A stretch of DNA of 64,000 bases from Thermodesulfobacteriota bacterium. GTDB taxonomy: Bacteria; Desulfobacterota; Desulfobacteria; Desulfobacterales; C00003060. The notes under the pieces were generated by a model. It ran no database searches. It saw only the letters and a list, made by a program, of their open reading frames with translations, and was not told the origin of the DNA. This document shows, piece by piece, positions 49,571 through 59,728 of the stretch. The stretch spans positions 96,001 through 160,000 of the forward strand of contig JAXHVD010000001.1 in NCBI GenBank assembly GCA_034189385.1, read 5' to 3'. Each line of letters opens with the position of its first letter. The first letter of the stretch is position 1. The position numbers and the translations under genes were made by a program.

Positions 49571-51988
49571 ATGGAGAAGAAGTTAGGTGTTTATATCTGC
49601 AAGGGTTGCGGGATCGCTGAGGCCCTTGATATGGATCGGTTGGAAAAGGTCGTTCCCCCGAAGATAGAGGTCCGCAAGACCCATCCCATTTTGTGCTCCC
49701 CGGAAGGCGTTGAGCTTATCAAGCAAGATATTGCCAACGAGGGCGTGAACACAGTCGTCATCGCGGCCTGTTCCCGTCGCGTTCTCTACGATGTCTTTGA
49801 TTTCGGCCCAAACGTGGTGCAAAGGGTCAATCTTAGAGAGGGTGTCGTCTGGAGTCATAAGCCTAATGAGGAGAACATGATTGGGGAAGAAGGCGGCCCC
49901 CAGGTAGATGAACTGATTCAGGAGATGGCAGAAGACTATCTGCGTATGGGGATGGCAGAGGCTGAGAAGGTGCAGCGCCCCGAGCCGTATCAGCTACCGG
50001 AACCTATTAACAAGCGTATTTTGGTCTTGGGAGGCGGGGTTGCCGGTTTGAGTGCGGCACTGGAGGCGGCCAAGACTGGCTATGAAGCGATGGTGATTGA
50101 AAAGGAAGCCGAAGTGGGAGGCTTTGCAGCAAAGCTCCGCAAGCAGACGCCGTGGACCTATCCCTATGAGGATGCGCAAGAGCCTGTGATTCAACAGATC
50201 ATCAAGGAGGCAGAAGCCCATCCCAAGATCGAGATCCGCACCAATACAGAGGTGGCGCGCATTGCGGGACAGCCGGGAGACTATGGTGTCACCTTCAAAG
50301 ATGCAGGGACCAAGAGCGTGTGGGATGTCATGTCCAAAGAGGAGGAGGCGGCCATACTTGAGAAATTGGCCGAAGAAGGACAGGCTGCAGGCGCCCGAGA
50401 ACCCTCGCCTGATGAGCCCCACACCATTTTGAGCACCAACCCCGATGCAGAGAAGTTCGGGGCCGTGGTTCTGGCCACGGGCTGGAAGCCCTGGGAGTTG
50501 AAGGAAGAGGCTGAAGAAGCGCCAGAGGCAGCCGAGGGCGAAGGGGCCGAGGAGGCCAAGAAGGAAGAGGCCAAAGAAGGGGAAGGAGAAGAACCGGCAG
50601 TAGAGGAGCCCACGTATGAGCACCTCGGCTTTGGCAAGTTTCCTGATGTGATTACCAATGTGGCCTTGGAAGAGATGGCCGGAGAGGGTAAGATTATTTG
50701 TCCGTCCACGGGCAAACCGGCCACCAGCGTGGCCTTTATCCAGTGCCCTGGCCAGGGTACGGATGAAGACTTTCCCTATGCTGCTGCCATCACCAGCATG
50801 GTTGCCTTGAAGCAAGCCAAATACGTTCGGGAAGATAACGCCGATGCCAAGGCCTACATCTTCTATCAACACATGCGCACCTTGGGACAGACCGAGTACT
50901 TCTATAAGAGTGCCCAGCAGGACGAAGGGATCTTTCTGACCAAGGGAGATGTGGTGAGCGTGTCTGAAAATGGAAACGGCTCCCTCGTGCTGGAGGCCAA
51001 GGACACCCTTCTTGGCGGGGATATCAAGGTGGCAGTGGACTTGGTGGTGCTGGCGACAGGCATGGTCCCTACGACGAAGGATGATCCGGTCATGAACCTG
51101 GCCTATCGACAAGGTCCTGGTTTTCGTGATCTTGAACTTTTTGATGGGTATCCAGATTCCAATTTTATCTGTTTCCCCTATGAAACACGCAGGACCGGTA
51201 TCTATGCGGCCGGGTGCGGCAGAAGGGCCATGAGCATCCAGGAGAGCCGGGTCGATGCCGCAGGGGCGGCCCTTAAAGCGATTCAGTGTATTGAATCCGC
51301 AAACCGGGGCGTGTCCGTGCATCCCAGGTCCGGCGATATGACCTTTCCTGACTTCTTCTTCCAGCGATGCACCCAGTGCAAACGGTGCACAGAGGAATGT
51401 CCCTTCGGGGCCTTGGATGACGATGAGAAGGGAACCCCACTCCCCAACCCCACCCGCTGCCGTCGTTGCGGCACGTGCATGGGGGCCTGTCCCGAGCGTA
51501 TCATTGGATTTGCAGACTACAATATCGACTCCATTGGCTCGGCGATCAAGGCCATGGGCGTGCCGGAAGAGGAAGAAAAACCCAGGGTCCTTGTTCTGGC
51601 GTGCGAGAACGACGCCTATCCGGCCTTTGACCAGGCGGCCCTCATGGGTTTGACCTATTCGCCTTTCATAAGGGTCATTCCGGTGCGATGCCTTGGGTCG
51701 GTGAATGTGGTATGGATCAAGGACGCCCTGTCCAAAGGGGTGGATGGGGTCCTGGCCATAGGCTGTAAATATGGCGATGACTACCAATGTCACTTTGCCA
51801 AGGGAAGCGAGTTGTTCAGTATCCGAGCGGACAAGATCGGCGAGGCCCTGGTGAGTCTGGCCCTGGAGAAGGAACGTGTGCAGCAGGTCCAGATCGCCAT
51901 TGACGAATGTGACAAGATTCCTGGTATCATCCAGGACTTCATGGCAACCATAGAAGAAGTGGGCCCCAATCCCTTTAAGGGCTTCTAG
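49571..51988 (+). CDS. qmoB: Qmo subunit B (HdrA-MvhD fusion)
   Basis: YICKGC, FAD motif GGGVAG, SNFICFPYETRRTGIY, two ferredoxin motifs, C-terminal MvhD-like CENDAYPA...VRCLGS...GCKYGDDYQCHF. Confidence 0.96.
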   Translation: MEKKLGVYICKGCGIAEALDMDRLEKVVPPKIEVRKTHPILCSPEGVELIKQDIANEGVNTVVIAACSRRVLYDVFDFGPNVVQRVNLREGVVWSHKPNEENMIGEEGGPQVDELIQEMAEDYLRMGMAEAEKVQRPEPYQLPEPINKRILVLGGGVAGLSAALEAAKTGYEAMVIEKEAEVGGFAAKLRKQTPWTYPYEDAQEPVIQQIIKEAEAHPKIEIRTNTEVARIAGQPGDYGVTFKDAGTKSVWDVMSKEEEAAILEKLAEEGQAAGAREPSPDEPHTILSTNPDAEKFGAVVLATGWKPWELKEEAEEAPEAAEGEGAEEAKKEEAKEGEGEEPAVEEPTYEHLGFGKFPDVITNVALEEMAGEGKIICPSTGKPATSVAFIQCPGQGTDEDFPYAAAITSMVALKQAKYVREDNADAKAYIFYQHMRTLGQTEYFYKSAQQDEGIFLTKGDVVSVSENGNGSLVLEAKDTLLGGDIKVAVDLVVLATGMVPTTKDDPVMNLAYRQGPGFRDLELFDGYPDSNFICFPYETRRTGIYAAGCGRRAMSIQESRVDAAGAALKAIQCIESANRGVSVHPRSGDMTFPDFFFQRCTQCKRCTEECPFGALDDDEKGTPLPNPTRCRRCGTCMGACPERIIGFADYNIDSIGSAIKAMGVPEEEEKPRVLVLACENDAYPAFDQAALMGLTYSPFIRVIPVRCLGSVNVVWIKDALSKGVDGVLAIGCKYGDDYQCHFAKGSELFSIRADKIGEALVSLALEKERVQQVQIAIDECDKIPGIIQDFMATIEEVGPNPFKGF

Positions 51989-52086
51989 TCAGGTCTGGGG
52001 TCAGGCCTGGCCTGGCCCCTTTTTATCATTACTTCGCATAGTGCAGTTGGGCGAATGAGGTCTTAATGGCATGAGGAGGTAGGAAA

Positions 52087-53235
52087 ATGGCAGAAAGTAA
52101 ATGGGTGGAACCTGACGTCAGTTTCGTCAAAGAGCTCAAGGCCTTGGGAGGAGATACGCTGAAGAAGTGTTATCAGTGCGCCACCTGTTCGGTCGTGTGC
52201 CCCATCTCTCCGGAGGAACAACCCTTTCCCAGAAAAGAGATGATCGCGGCCCAGTGGGGGCTGAAGGACAAGCTGGTTGGCAACATGGATGTCTGGCTTT
52301 GCCATCAGTGTAATGATTGTTCAACGTACTGTCCGAGAGGCGCAAGGCCTGGGGACGTGCTCAATGCGGTGAGAGCCTATAGTATTCGTGAGTACGCCTG
52401 GCCCAGTTGGCTTGGCAAGATTGTGCCTGATGGCAGATTCTGGTGGCTCCTGCTGGCCATACCAGTGGTTATTTTTCTTGTGCTCCTCAACGCCATCGGC
52501 CATTTGCACATACCAGAAGGCGAAATCGAATTCGCCAAATTCTTCCCCACCCTGTGGGTGGACCTTGTTTTTGTTCCTCTTTCAGTCATTTGGATCCCCC
52601 TTACATTCGGGATCGGCATCTACAGGTTCATGACCGACATGCACAAGAAGGCTTTGGCAGAGGGCAAGACAAAGCGCAAGGACTTGAATATTCCCGATTT
52701 TCTAAAGAGTATCCTGTGTACGCTGCCGACTATTTTGAGGCACAACAAATTTTCCCAGTGCACTCAAAACAAAGACAGGTACGTTCCCCACATGCTTGTC
52801 CTATTTTCCTTTCTGGGACTCTTTGTGGTGACCAATTGCTTCTTCGTGGCCTTGTACATTCTCCAGTCGCCTGGGCCATATTCCCTGGCCAATCCGATAA
52901 AGATCCTGGCCAATGTGAGCGCCATTGCGCTTTTCGTGGGCGGTTTATTGATGATCGCAAACCGCATGAGGGACAGGGGCGACAATGTAGGCAAGGGGAG
53001 CTACTTTGACTGGTCTCTGCTCATCTTAGTCTTTGGGCTTGCCGTTACTGGCGGCGGGTCCGAGTTGTTGAGGCTGGCCCACGTGCCCAATGTGGCCTAC
53101 CCCATGTATTTTGCCCACCTTGTTTTTGTTTTCTGTCTCTTTGCTTACTTACCCTTTTCTAAACTTGCTCATCTGGTCTACCGCACCTTGGCCATGTCCT
53201 ACTCACGCTATTCTGAGAGAGAGCCGTGTGAGTAG
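52087..53235 (+). CDS. qmoC: Qmo subunit C (Fe-S plus heme b membrane subunit)
   Basis: CYQCATCSVVCP, CHQCNDCSTYCPRG, membrane domain, YLPFSKLAH. Confidence 0.96.
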   Translation: MAESKWVEPDVSFVKELKALGGDTLKKCYQCATCSVVCPISPEEQPFPRKEMIAAQWGLKDKLVGNMDVWLCHQCNDCSTYCPRGARPGDVLNAVRAYSIREYAWPSWLGKIVPDGRFWWLLLAIPVVIFLVLLNAIGHLHIPEGEIEFAKFFPTLWVDLVFVPLSVIWIPLTFGIGIYRFMTDMHKKALAEGKTKRKDLNIPDFLKSILCTLPTILRHNKFSQCTQNKDRYVPHMLVLFSFLGLFVVTNCFFVALYILQSPGPYSLANPIKILANVSAIALFVGGLLMIANRMRDRGDNVGKGSYFDWSLLILVFGLAVTGGGSELLRLAHVPNVAYPMYFAHLVFVFCLFAYLPFSKLAHLVYRTLAMSYSRYSEREPCE

Positions 53236-53266
53236 TCTTCGCTAAAAAAGAACCACGAGACAGTAA

Positions 53267-53313
53267 GGCCCCTTGGTTGTGCAGAGTGGAATGGACCAAG
53301 GGGCCATTTTTTT
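53267..53313 (+). terminator. Intrinsic terminator after qmoC
   Basis: ggccccttggt...accaaggggcc stem followed by a T-run. Confidence 0.7.
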
Positions 53314-53342
53314 GCCCGTCTGAAGGGACGACTGAACGAACG

Positions 53343-53381
53343 AAAAAAAAGGGGAGAAACCGTGTTGGTCTCTCCCCTTTT
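53343..53381 (-). terminator. Intrinsic terminator after sat (possibly bidirectional)
   Basis: A8-ggggaga...tctcccc-tttt. Confidence 0.75.
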
Positions 53382-53414
53382 CAATGTCACGTGAAAACTG
53401 TTGTAATGAAAAAA

Positions 53415-54695
53415 CTACGTTGCGTCGCCGGTGGCGGCACCGTGCAGTTTGATCTCCACCTTTTCCGTCAACCCTTCGTAGTACTCTCTTAGAATGGCCA
53501 GGACCTCATCACGTCCAAAGTGATCTGGAATCTCGCCGCCCTCTGACAGGAGTTTGCGGAGCATGGTCCCGCTCAGGATCACGCGGTCTTCCTTGGTATG
53601 GGGGCAGGTCCTCAAAGATGCCATGCCGTCGCACTTGTAGCAGTAGAAGGTCCAGTCGATTTTAAGGGGCTTGCAAAGCAAGGCCTTTCCAGGTTCTTCG
53701 GGATAAGGGATCTTGTCAAAGATGGTCTGGGCCTCGAACATGCCGTAGAAATCACCCACACCAGCGTGGTCGCGGCCGATGATCATGCGGGAAACGCCGT
53801 AGTTTTGGCGGAAGCATGAGTGAAGCAGGCCCTCTCTTGGGCCGGCATAGCGCATGTCCATGGGATATCCGCCCTGAACGCACTTGTCTTCCACAAAATA
53901 GTTCTTCACGAGTACGTCGATGCATTTCACGCGTACGTCGGCAGGGATATCACCGGGCTTTAGATTGCCGACGAGGGAATGGATGAAACAGCCGTCACAG
54001 ACCTCGATGGCGATCTTGCAGAGGTATTCGTGGGACCTGTGCATGGGGTTCCTGAGCTGCATAGCTGCAACCTCGGTCCATCCTCTTTCTTCAAAGATCT
54101 TTCGTGATTCAGCAGGCTTCATGTAGATGCCCTTGTACTTGGTGGGAAACTGGGCTTCACTCAAGACCTTGACTGGTCCTGCCAGGTTGACCTCTTTCTG
54201 GTTCATGACCATCTCGACGCCCGGGTGGTCCTCTTCCGCGATCTTCCAAAATTCCGCGGGATCCGGAACCCCTTCACCCATGAAGACCTTCTCGCACTCC
54301 CACTTCTTATCTGCCTCGGTCATCTCGAATTTTTCCGTGACCTTCATGGTTGCGCGAATCTCTTCACGTTTGGGGTCAAAAAGGGCAATCTCGTCGCCTT
54401 CATTGATGGCGTCAGCATCTGCTTTTGAGGCAGACAGGGTCACGGGGACGGGCCAAAAGGTCCCGTCGGCAGTGAGAAAGTTCTCGCACACGCCCTTCCA
54501 GTCCGCCTTGGTCATAAAGCCGTCAAGGGGACTGAAGGCACCAATGCCCATCATGATGAGGTCGCCGTTTTCACGGGGCGAAATCTCGATCTTTTTCAGA
54601 CCTTCAGCCTTTTTCTTTTCTGCTTCCAATTCCGCGCCTTCAAGCAGGCAGCAGACCAAGCCTTTTCCGCCATGAGGTGGAATGAGTTTTGACAT
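53415..54695 (-). CDS. sat: Sulfate adenylyltransferase (dissimilatory ATP sulfurylase)
   Basis: [37 protein letters not shown], Zn site CYKC...TCPH. Confidence 0.98.
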   Translation of the reverse strand: MSKLIPPHGGKGLVCCLLEGAELEAEKKKAEGLKKIEISPRENGDLIMMGIGAFSPLDGFMTKADWKGVCENFLTADGTFWPVPVTLSASKADADAINEGDEIALFDPKREEIRATMKVTEKFEMTEADKKWECEKVFMGEGVPDPAEFWKIAEEDHPGVEMVMNQKEVNLAGPVKVLSEAQFPTKYKGIYMKPAESRKIFEERGWTEVAAMQLRNPMHRSHEYLCKIAIEVCDGCFIHSLVGNLKPGDIPADVRVKCIDVLVKNYFVEDKCVQGGYPMDMRYAGPREGLLHSCFRQNYGVSRMIIGRDHAGVGDFYGMFEAQTIFDKIPYPEEPGKALLCKPLKIDWTFYCYKCDGMASLRTCPHTKEDRVILSGTMLRKLLSEGGEIPDHFGRDEVLAILREYYEGLTEKVEIKLHGAATGDAT

Positions 54696-54965
54696 TTCCT
54701 TACGTCTCCTTTCTTTATTTGACTCACACTTTTTATGGATCTTCAAGGCTCAAACTCAAAAACACAGTCTGGGGTATTGTCTTAGACTCTCCTCCTTTCT
54801 TGTGATGAGTAACTGTCTATATATTCAGAGGCTTCCTCTAACAAAAAGAGTCATCACAGTCTGCTTCAGCACGGACCTTTCGCACCCCTCTTGTTCACCT
54901 GCGGCCGTAACATATTAGACTGAAAGTTTTAGGGAAATCCCAGATGGAGGGTATACAACATAACG

Positions 54966-54996
54966 TGTCTAGTACAAACCCACCCTTTTGTCAAGG
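54966..54996 (-). promoter_or_regulatory. Putative promoter upstream of sat
   Basis: Minus strand reads CCTTGACA-N17-TAGACA (54996 to 54966). Confidence 0.55.
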
Positions 54997-55328
54997 ACAA
55001 GATGCCCCAGAAAAAGGAAAAATAGGAACCCATGAGGGATCTTGTCTCACGCCGTCTATGAGCAGCTGGCAACCGTGTTGGGTTGACAGAGACTTTATCT
55101 TCCTGTGAAGGCTTAAGAAGAGCGCCATGGGTTCTGCCTCATACGCCCTTTTCAGATTTTAAATGAAAGACAGCAACAGGTGTGCCACGACAAGGCTCAC
55201 CGGAAAACAGAGATAACCCGATGGAAATAAAAAGGATGAATCTCATAACAGGGATCGTTTCCCTGTCGGCAAATGCTGGTGGGTGTCAGCTTTCTTTACA
55301 CGTCGTAAAGTACATTCTTCTCCTATGA

Positions 55329-56309
55329 CTACATTTGTCGGGCCACCACATAGTCGGCCAGGTCTTTGAGGAGGGAACGGGTGTTGGAGGCTTCAAAGAT
55401 GTTGAGATATTGCTTGGCCTGATCAATTCTTTCCTGTGCCCGTTTTCTGGTATATAAGATTCCGCCGTATTTGTTAACGAGATCTAATACTGTGTGGAAC
55501 TCTTTCCCCTCGCTCTTCTCATTTCTAATGATGGTTTCCAAATAGAGTCGGTCTTTCTTTGTGGCGCGATGGAGGGCGTAAATCAGAGGAAGCGTCAGCT
55601 TGCCCTCTCTCAAATCTGTTCCTGTGGCCTTGCCCAAGACTCCTGGGTCTGCCGTATAGTCTAGGAGGTCATCCACCAATTGAAAGGCCACTCCCAGCGA
55701 ATATCCATATTGAGCCAGGGCTGTTACGTGATTCTCTGGTGCCCCTGCCAGTAAAGCCCCTGACTGACAGGCCGCCTCGATAAGGCAGGCGGTCTTTGCT
55801 CTGATGACCTCCATATACTTCCCCTCGTCCAAGGCGAGGTCGCCTTTGTACAAGAGCTGATGGATTTCCCCTTCAGACATTTGGGCAGTCGTGCGGGCAA
55901 GAACGTCAATGATGGCCATCTGATCGGACCTTGCTGCAATGGCGATGGAGCGGGCAAGCAGGAAGTCCCCCACCAGTACAGTCCCAGGAGCCCCCCAGAT
56001 TGAATGGGCCACAGGGTTTCCCCGACGGATGTCAGCGTCGTCGACCACGTCATCGTGGAGCAACGTAGCAGCATGAAGGTATTCAAAGACAACGGAAAGC
56101 GTCGTGGCGTAGTCTCCCTGGTAGCCGCACAAACGGGCACAGAGGATGGTAAGAAGGGGGCGGACCCTCTTACCGCCGCTGAACATGATGTATTTGGCCA
56201 CGTGGGACACAAAAGGAAGATAGGGTTTAAGGTTTTCTACAAGGGCCTTTTCTACGTTCACCAGGTCTTGCTGGACTGCGTCCAGTATCTTTTCCTTCAG
56301 AGCTTTCAC
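55329..56309 (-). CDS. Polyprenyl diphosphate synthase (IspB-like)
   Basis: GGKRVRP, LLHDDVVD...RRG, FQLVDD.LD. Confidence 0.93.
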   Translation of the reverse strand: MKALKEKILDAVQQDLVNVEKALVENLKPYLPFVSHVAKYIMFSGGKRVRPLLTILCARLCGYQGDYATTLSVVFEYLHAATLLHDDVVDDADIRRGNPVAHSIWGAPGTVLVGDFLLARSIAIAARSDQMAIIDVLARTTAQMSEGEIHQLLYKGDLALDEGKYMEVIRAKTACLIEAACQSGALLAGAPENHVTALAQYGYSLGVAFQLVDDLLDYTADPGVLGKATGTDLREGKLTLPLIYALHRATKKDRLYLETIIRNEKSEGKEFHTVLDLVNKYGGILYTRKRAQERIDQAKQYLNIFEASNTRSLLKDLADYVVARQM

Positions 56310-57631
56310 ACTCTAACCCCCATGAGGTCATATTCATGGGCAGCTGTAATCCTTACCTTCACGAACATCCCCTCCTTTGCTTTTCCTTCGTGGATGTGAA
56401 CGATTCCATCGATGTCTGGTGCCTGAAACCAGGTCCTGCCTACGCACCCTCCACGGGTCTCTTCCGCAGGGCTTTCCACCAGCGCCTGCAGAGTCTGGCC
56501 TATATACTTCTGAGTATTCGCCCCAGACAGTTCTGCTTGCCGAGTCATGAGGCGGTGAAAACGTTCTTGCTTCACTTCCTCTGCCACATGACCGTGCAAT
56601 GCGTTGGAGGGAAGATCCTTGGCGCCGGAATACATGAAGGCCCCGAGGTGGTCAAACCGGACCTCTTCGATGAAATCAAGGAGAGATTGAAAGTCAGCCT
56701 CTGTCTCCCCTGGAAACCCCACCATGACTGTCGTGCGAAGAACTGCGGCTGGCACTTGCTCACGTATTCGCTCAAACAAGCCAAGGAGGTCCCCACTCTT
56801 ATTGGGACGGCCCATTTTTGTTAAAATAGACCCACTCACGTGCTGTATTGGAATATCAAAATACGAACAAAGCCTGTCATGGGTAGCAATGGTTTCAATG
56901 AGTCCATCTGTGACATAGTTGGGGTGGCCATAGAGCGTCCGTATCCACTTCAGCTGGGAAAGGGAGGCCAACTCGCTAAGGAGATGGTCAAGGCCATAAC
57001 CCCGGCCCAAGTCTCTGCCATAAGCCGTCGTATTCTGAGCCACCAATATCAATTCCTGGACCCCTGATTCGGCAAGGGCCCTGGCTTCTGAAAACACCTC
57101 TTCCATGGGACGGCTCCTGTGGGGTCCTCTGAGTTTTGGAATAATGCAGTAGGTGCATTTATCAGAGCACCCCTCAGCGATCTTCACGTAGGCCGTGTGT
57201 GAAGGGGTGGCCCGGACTCTCGGGACTCCTTTGTCGCTTATGGGTGCTATTTCGGGCGGGGGCAGGAGCACTGGGCGTCCTTTTAGGGCCCCCTGGGCAG
57301 CTTCGGTGATGCTGTCAAAGGCCCCTGTGCCCAAGAAGCAATCCACTTCTGGAAGTTCTTCAGCCAGGTCTTTGCCAAACCGCTGAGGAAGGCATCCTAC
57401 CACGATGAGCCTCCGTTTCGGGTCCTGTTGTCTCCAACTTCCCATCTCCAGAATCGTATCAATGGACTCATCTACAGCAGGCTGGATAAAGCTACAGGTG
57501 TTCACCACGACACAGTCTGCGTCGGACGCCTCTGAGGTGATCGTGTGACCCGCCTCGAGAAGACGACCTAGCATGATCTCGCTGTCCACCAGATTCTTGG
57601 GACAACCCAGGCTGATAAGATGGATGTTCAT
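56306..57631 (-). CDS. rimO: Ribosomal protein S12 methylthiotransferase
   Basis: SLGCPKNLVDSE, NTCSFI, KIAEGCSDKCTYCIIP, APDIDG, TRAM tail. Confidence 0.95.
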   Translation of the reverse strand: MNIHLISLGCPKNLVDSEIMLGRLLEAGHTITSEASDADCVVVNTCSFIQPAVDESIDTILEMGSWRQQDPKRRLIVVGCLPQRFGKDLAEELPEVDCFLGTGAFDSITEAAQGALKGRPVLLPPPEIAPISDKGVPRVRATPSHTAYVKIAEGCSDKCTYCIIPKLRGPHRSRPMEEVFSEARALAESGVQELILVAQNTTAYGRDLGRGYGLDHLLSELASLSQLKWIRTLYGHPNYVTDGLIETIATHDRLCSYFDIPIQHVSGSILTKMGRPNKSGDLLGLFERIREQVPAAVLRTTVMVGFPGETEADFQSLLDFIEEVRFDHLGAFMYSGAKDLPSNALHGHVAEEVKQERFHRLMTRQAELSGANTQKYIGQTLQALVESPAEETRGGCVGRTWFQAPDIDGIVHIHEGKAKEGMFVKVRITAAHEYDLMGVRV

Positions 57632-57664
57632 AGAGTCAGTCAAGGGGTCTGAAGTGCCTAAGGC

Positions 57665-57705
57665 AAAAAAACAAAGAGCAAGGAACTATCTACCTTGCTC
57701 TTTGT
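57665..57705 (-). terminator. Intrinsic terminator after etfA
   Basis: acaaagagcaagg / ccttgctctttgt stem with an A-run on + (U-run on -). Confidence 0.8.
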
Positions 57706-57736
57706 CCTTACTAGGTACAAGTTGCCTTAGTTACCA

Positions 57737-58705
57737 TTACCTCTCAAGTTTCCTGAACTGGGCTGTCAAGGCAGGAACCACGTTGAAAAGGTCTTCCACG
57801 ATGCCATAGTCGGCCTTTTTGAAGATAGGGGCCTCCGGGTCCTTGTTAATGGCCACAATATACTTGGAGGTTCCCATGCCGGCCAAATGCTGAATGGCCC
57901 CTGATATTCCGCAGGCGATATAAAGGCCGGGGGAAACGACCTTGCCAGTCTGTCCCACTTGATCTGACTGAGGGCGCCATCCTTCGTCCACCGCAGACCT
58001 TGACGCACCAACAGTTCCGCCCAGAACCTCGGCCAGTTCCTCAAGGAGACTGAAGTCGGGGCCTCCCATACCACGGCCACCGGACACGATGATATCGGCC
58101 TCGGTAAGATCCATCTTGGCAGCCGTCTCCACTCTTTTTTCTAAAAGTCTTGTCTTGACAACACCAATGTTGACTGAAATTTTTTCAACGTCGGCAGCTC
58201 GTTCTGCCTCCACGACTTCCATCACGTTCGGGCGTATGGCTGCTATCTGAGGTGTTCCCTGAACGGAGACTTCAGCCAACACCTTGCCGCCGAACATGGG
58301 CCGGGTGGCGATAAGCGCGTCTCCGTCTACCCTTAGGGAGACACAATCCATCGCAAGGCCGGTGTCCAAATGAGCGGCTACCCTTGCAGATAGGTCTTTG
58401 CCCCCCATGGAGGCCCCCAGCAAGAGAACCTTGGGATCGGACTTTCTGACGATGTCGCAGACCACGTTGGCATAGGCGTCTGTCGTGTAATCGGCCAGCG
58501 CTGGATCATCTCCTACCAGGACCTTGTCTGCTCCATACTTTCCCAATTCCGGTGCAATAGCCTCTATGCCAGAACCGAGTACGACCCCAGTGAGCGATTC
58601 ACCCAAGGTGTCAGCCACCCTCCTTCCCTCACTCACAGCCTCATAGGCAATCTTTCGAAAAGCGCCGCCCACTTGTTCTGCAACGACCAGGACCCCTTGT
58701 GCCAT
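57737..58705 (-). CDS. etfA: Electron transfer flavoprotein alpha subunit
   Basis: VSGGRG, QVGQTGK, ACGISGAIQHLAGM, AINKDPEAPIF. Confidence 0.96.
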   Translation of the reverse strand: MAQGVLVVAEQVGGAFRKIAYEAVSEGRRVADTLGESLTGVVLGSGIEAIAPELGKYGADKVLVGDDPALADYTTDAYANVVCDIVRKSDPKVLLLGASMGGKDLSARVAAHLDTGLAMDCVSLRVDGDALIATRPMFGGKVLAEVSVQGTPQIAAIRPNVMEVVEAERAADVEKISVNIGVVKTRLLEKRVETAAKMDLTEADIIVSGGRGMGGPDFSLLEELAEVLGGTVGASRSAVDEGWRPQSDQVGQTGKVVSPGLYIACGISGAIQHLAGMGTSKYIVAINKDPEAPIFKKADYGIVEDLFNVVPALTAQFRKLER

Positions 58706-58766
58706 CGTATGTTCTCCTTTTCCTATTCCTCGGTTTCCGATCCACGAATCACAGACGTCGGTGAAC

Positions 58767-59555
58767 CTAAATAATCTTCGCTTCTTCTCTGAGCAATCTA
58801 ACCAGTTCAGCGGCCTTGGCCTCTGGGGTCTCCCCCTCCACGATTTTACCCGGCGACCTTTCAGGCGGCAAGGATAGGGTCATCACCCTGCACTTGGCGC
58901 CGCCTTTTCCTACTTCACTTGGATCCAGGCCCAGGTCGTCGAGATTCTTTTTGGCCAACGGCTTCTTCTTTGCTTTCATGATACCCGGAAGGGACGCATA
59001 CCTCGGTTCATTAATGCCTTTTTGGGTCGTAAAAAGGGCTGGCAGCTCGGCCTCCACGACCAAGGTCCCTCCCTCAATGGTGCGCTCACAGACGATCTTC
59101 CCTTCGCGGACCTCCTCCTTTATAACCATGGAGACCTGGGGAATGCCCAGCAATGCGGCAACAGCTGCAGGAACCTGATAGCCATCATCGTCCACTGCCC
59201 GTTGACCTGCGACAAGCAGATCATGGGGCGTCTCCTTCAAAGCTTGAGCCAGTACCTTGGCCGTGCCAAGGGCGTCTCCTCCTTCGGTAGAAGGATCATC
59301 GATGAGTATGCCTTCGTCTGCACCCATGGCAAGGGCGGTTCGGATAGCCTCCACAGCCCTTTCGGGCCCAACGCTGAGGATGGTGACCTTGCCTCCTTGA
59401 GCCTCCTTGATCCGAAGCGCCTCTTCAACAGCGAACTCGTCATACGGGTTCATGACCCACTTGACGTCTTGTGTCTTGATAGAAGTCCTGTCCTCAGCAA
59501 TCTGAATCAAGGTCTCTGTGTCCGGAACTTGTTTGAGCAAGACGACAATTTCCAC
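58767..59555 (-). CDS. etfB: Electron transfer flavoprotein beta subunit
   Basis: KQVPDTE, NPYDEFAVEEA, ALAMGAD, NEPRYASLPGIMKAKKK. GTG start after AAAGGAG. Confidence 0.96.
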   Translation of the reverse strand: MEIVVLLKQVPDTETLIQIAEDRTSIKTQDVKWVMNPYDEFAVEEALRIKEAQGGKVTILSVGPERAVEAIRTALAMGADEGILIDDPSTEGGDALGTAKVLAQALKETPHDLLVAGQRAVDDDGYQVPAAVAALLGIPQVSMVIKEEVREGKIVCERTIEGGTLVVEAELPALFTTQKGINEPRYASLPGIMKAKKKPLAKKNLDDLGLDPSEVGKGGAKCRVMTLSLPPERSPGKIVEGETPEAKAAELVRLLREEAKII

Positions 59556-59728
59556 CTTGTGACTCCTTTCCAATATGTCTCGGTTCGATCCTGGCCAAAT
59601 CGTCCAGAATCTGTGACGACACCATCAGTCTTTGGTTGTGGCGGCCCTGAGTCAGCCTCCAAAGATGTAGAACTGGCCGGTACATATGGCAAAAGACGAA
59701 AGAAATGTCAAGGGCATGGGAGACTATT

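Noticed and set aside
50730..50820. Loss of Fe-S cysteines in the QmoB HdrA-like motif as a sign of pseudogenisation
   Set aside because: The frame is intact and, to my knowledge, this degeneration is normal for QmoB.
49994..51793. 599-aa antisense ORF, and similar long shadow ORFs such as 845-1699, 23449-24276 and 45663-46379
   Set aside because: They overlap well-recognised genes on the opposite strand and show no motifs; explained by codon bias.
48276..53235. Selenocysteine recoding in Qmo subunits
   Set aside because: All three ORFs are full length without an in-frame TGA.
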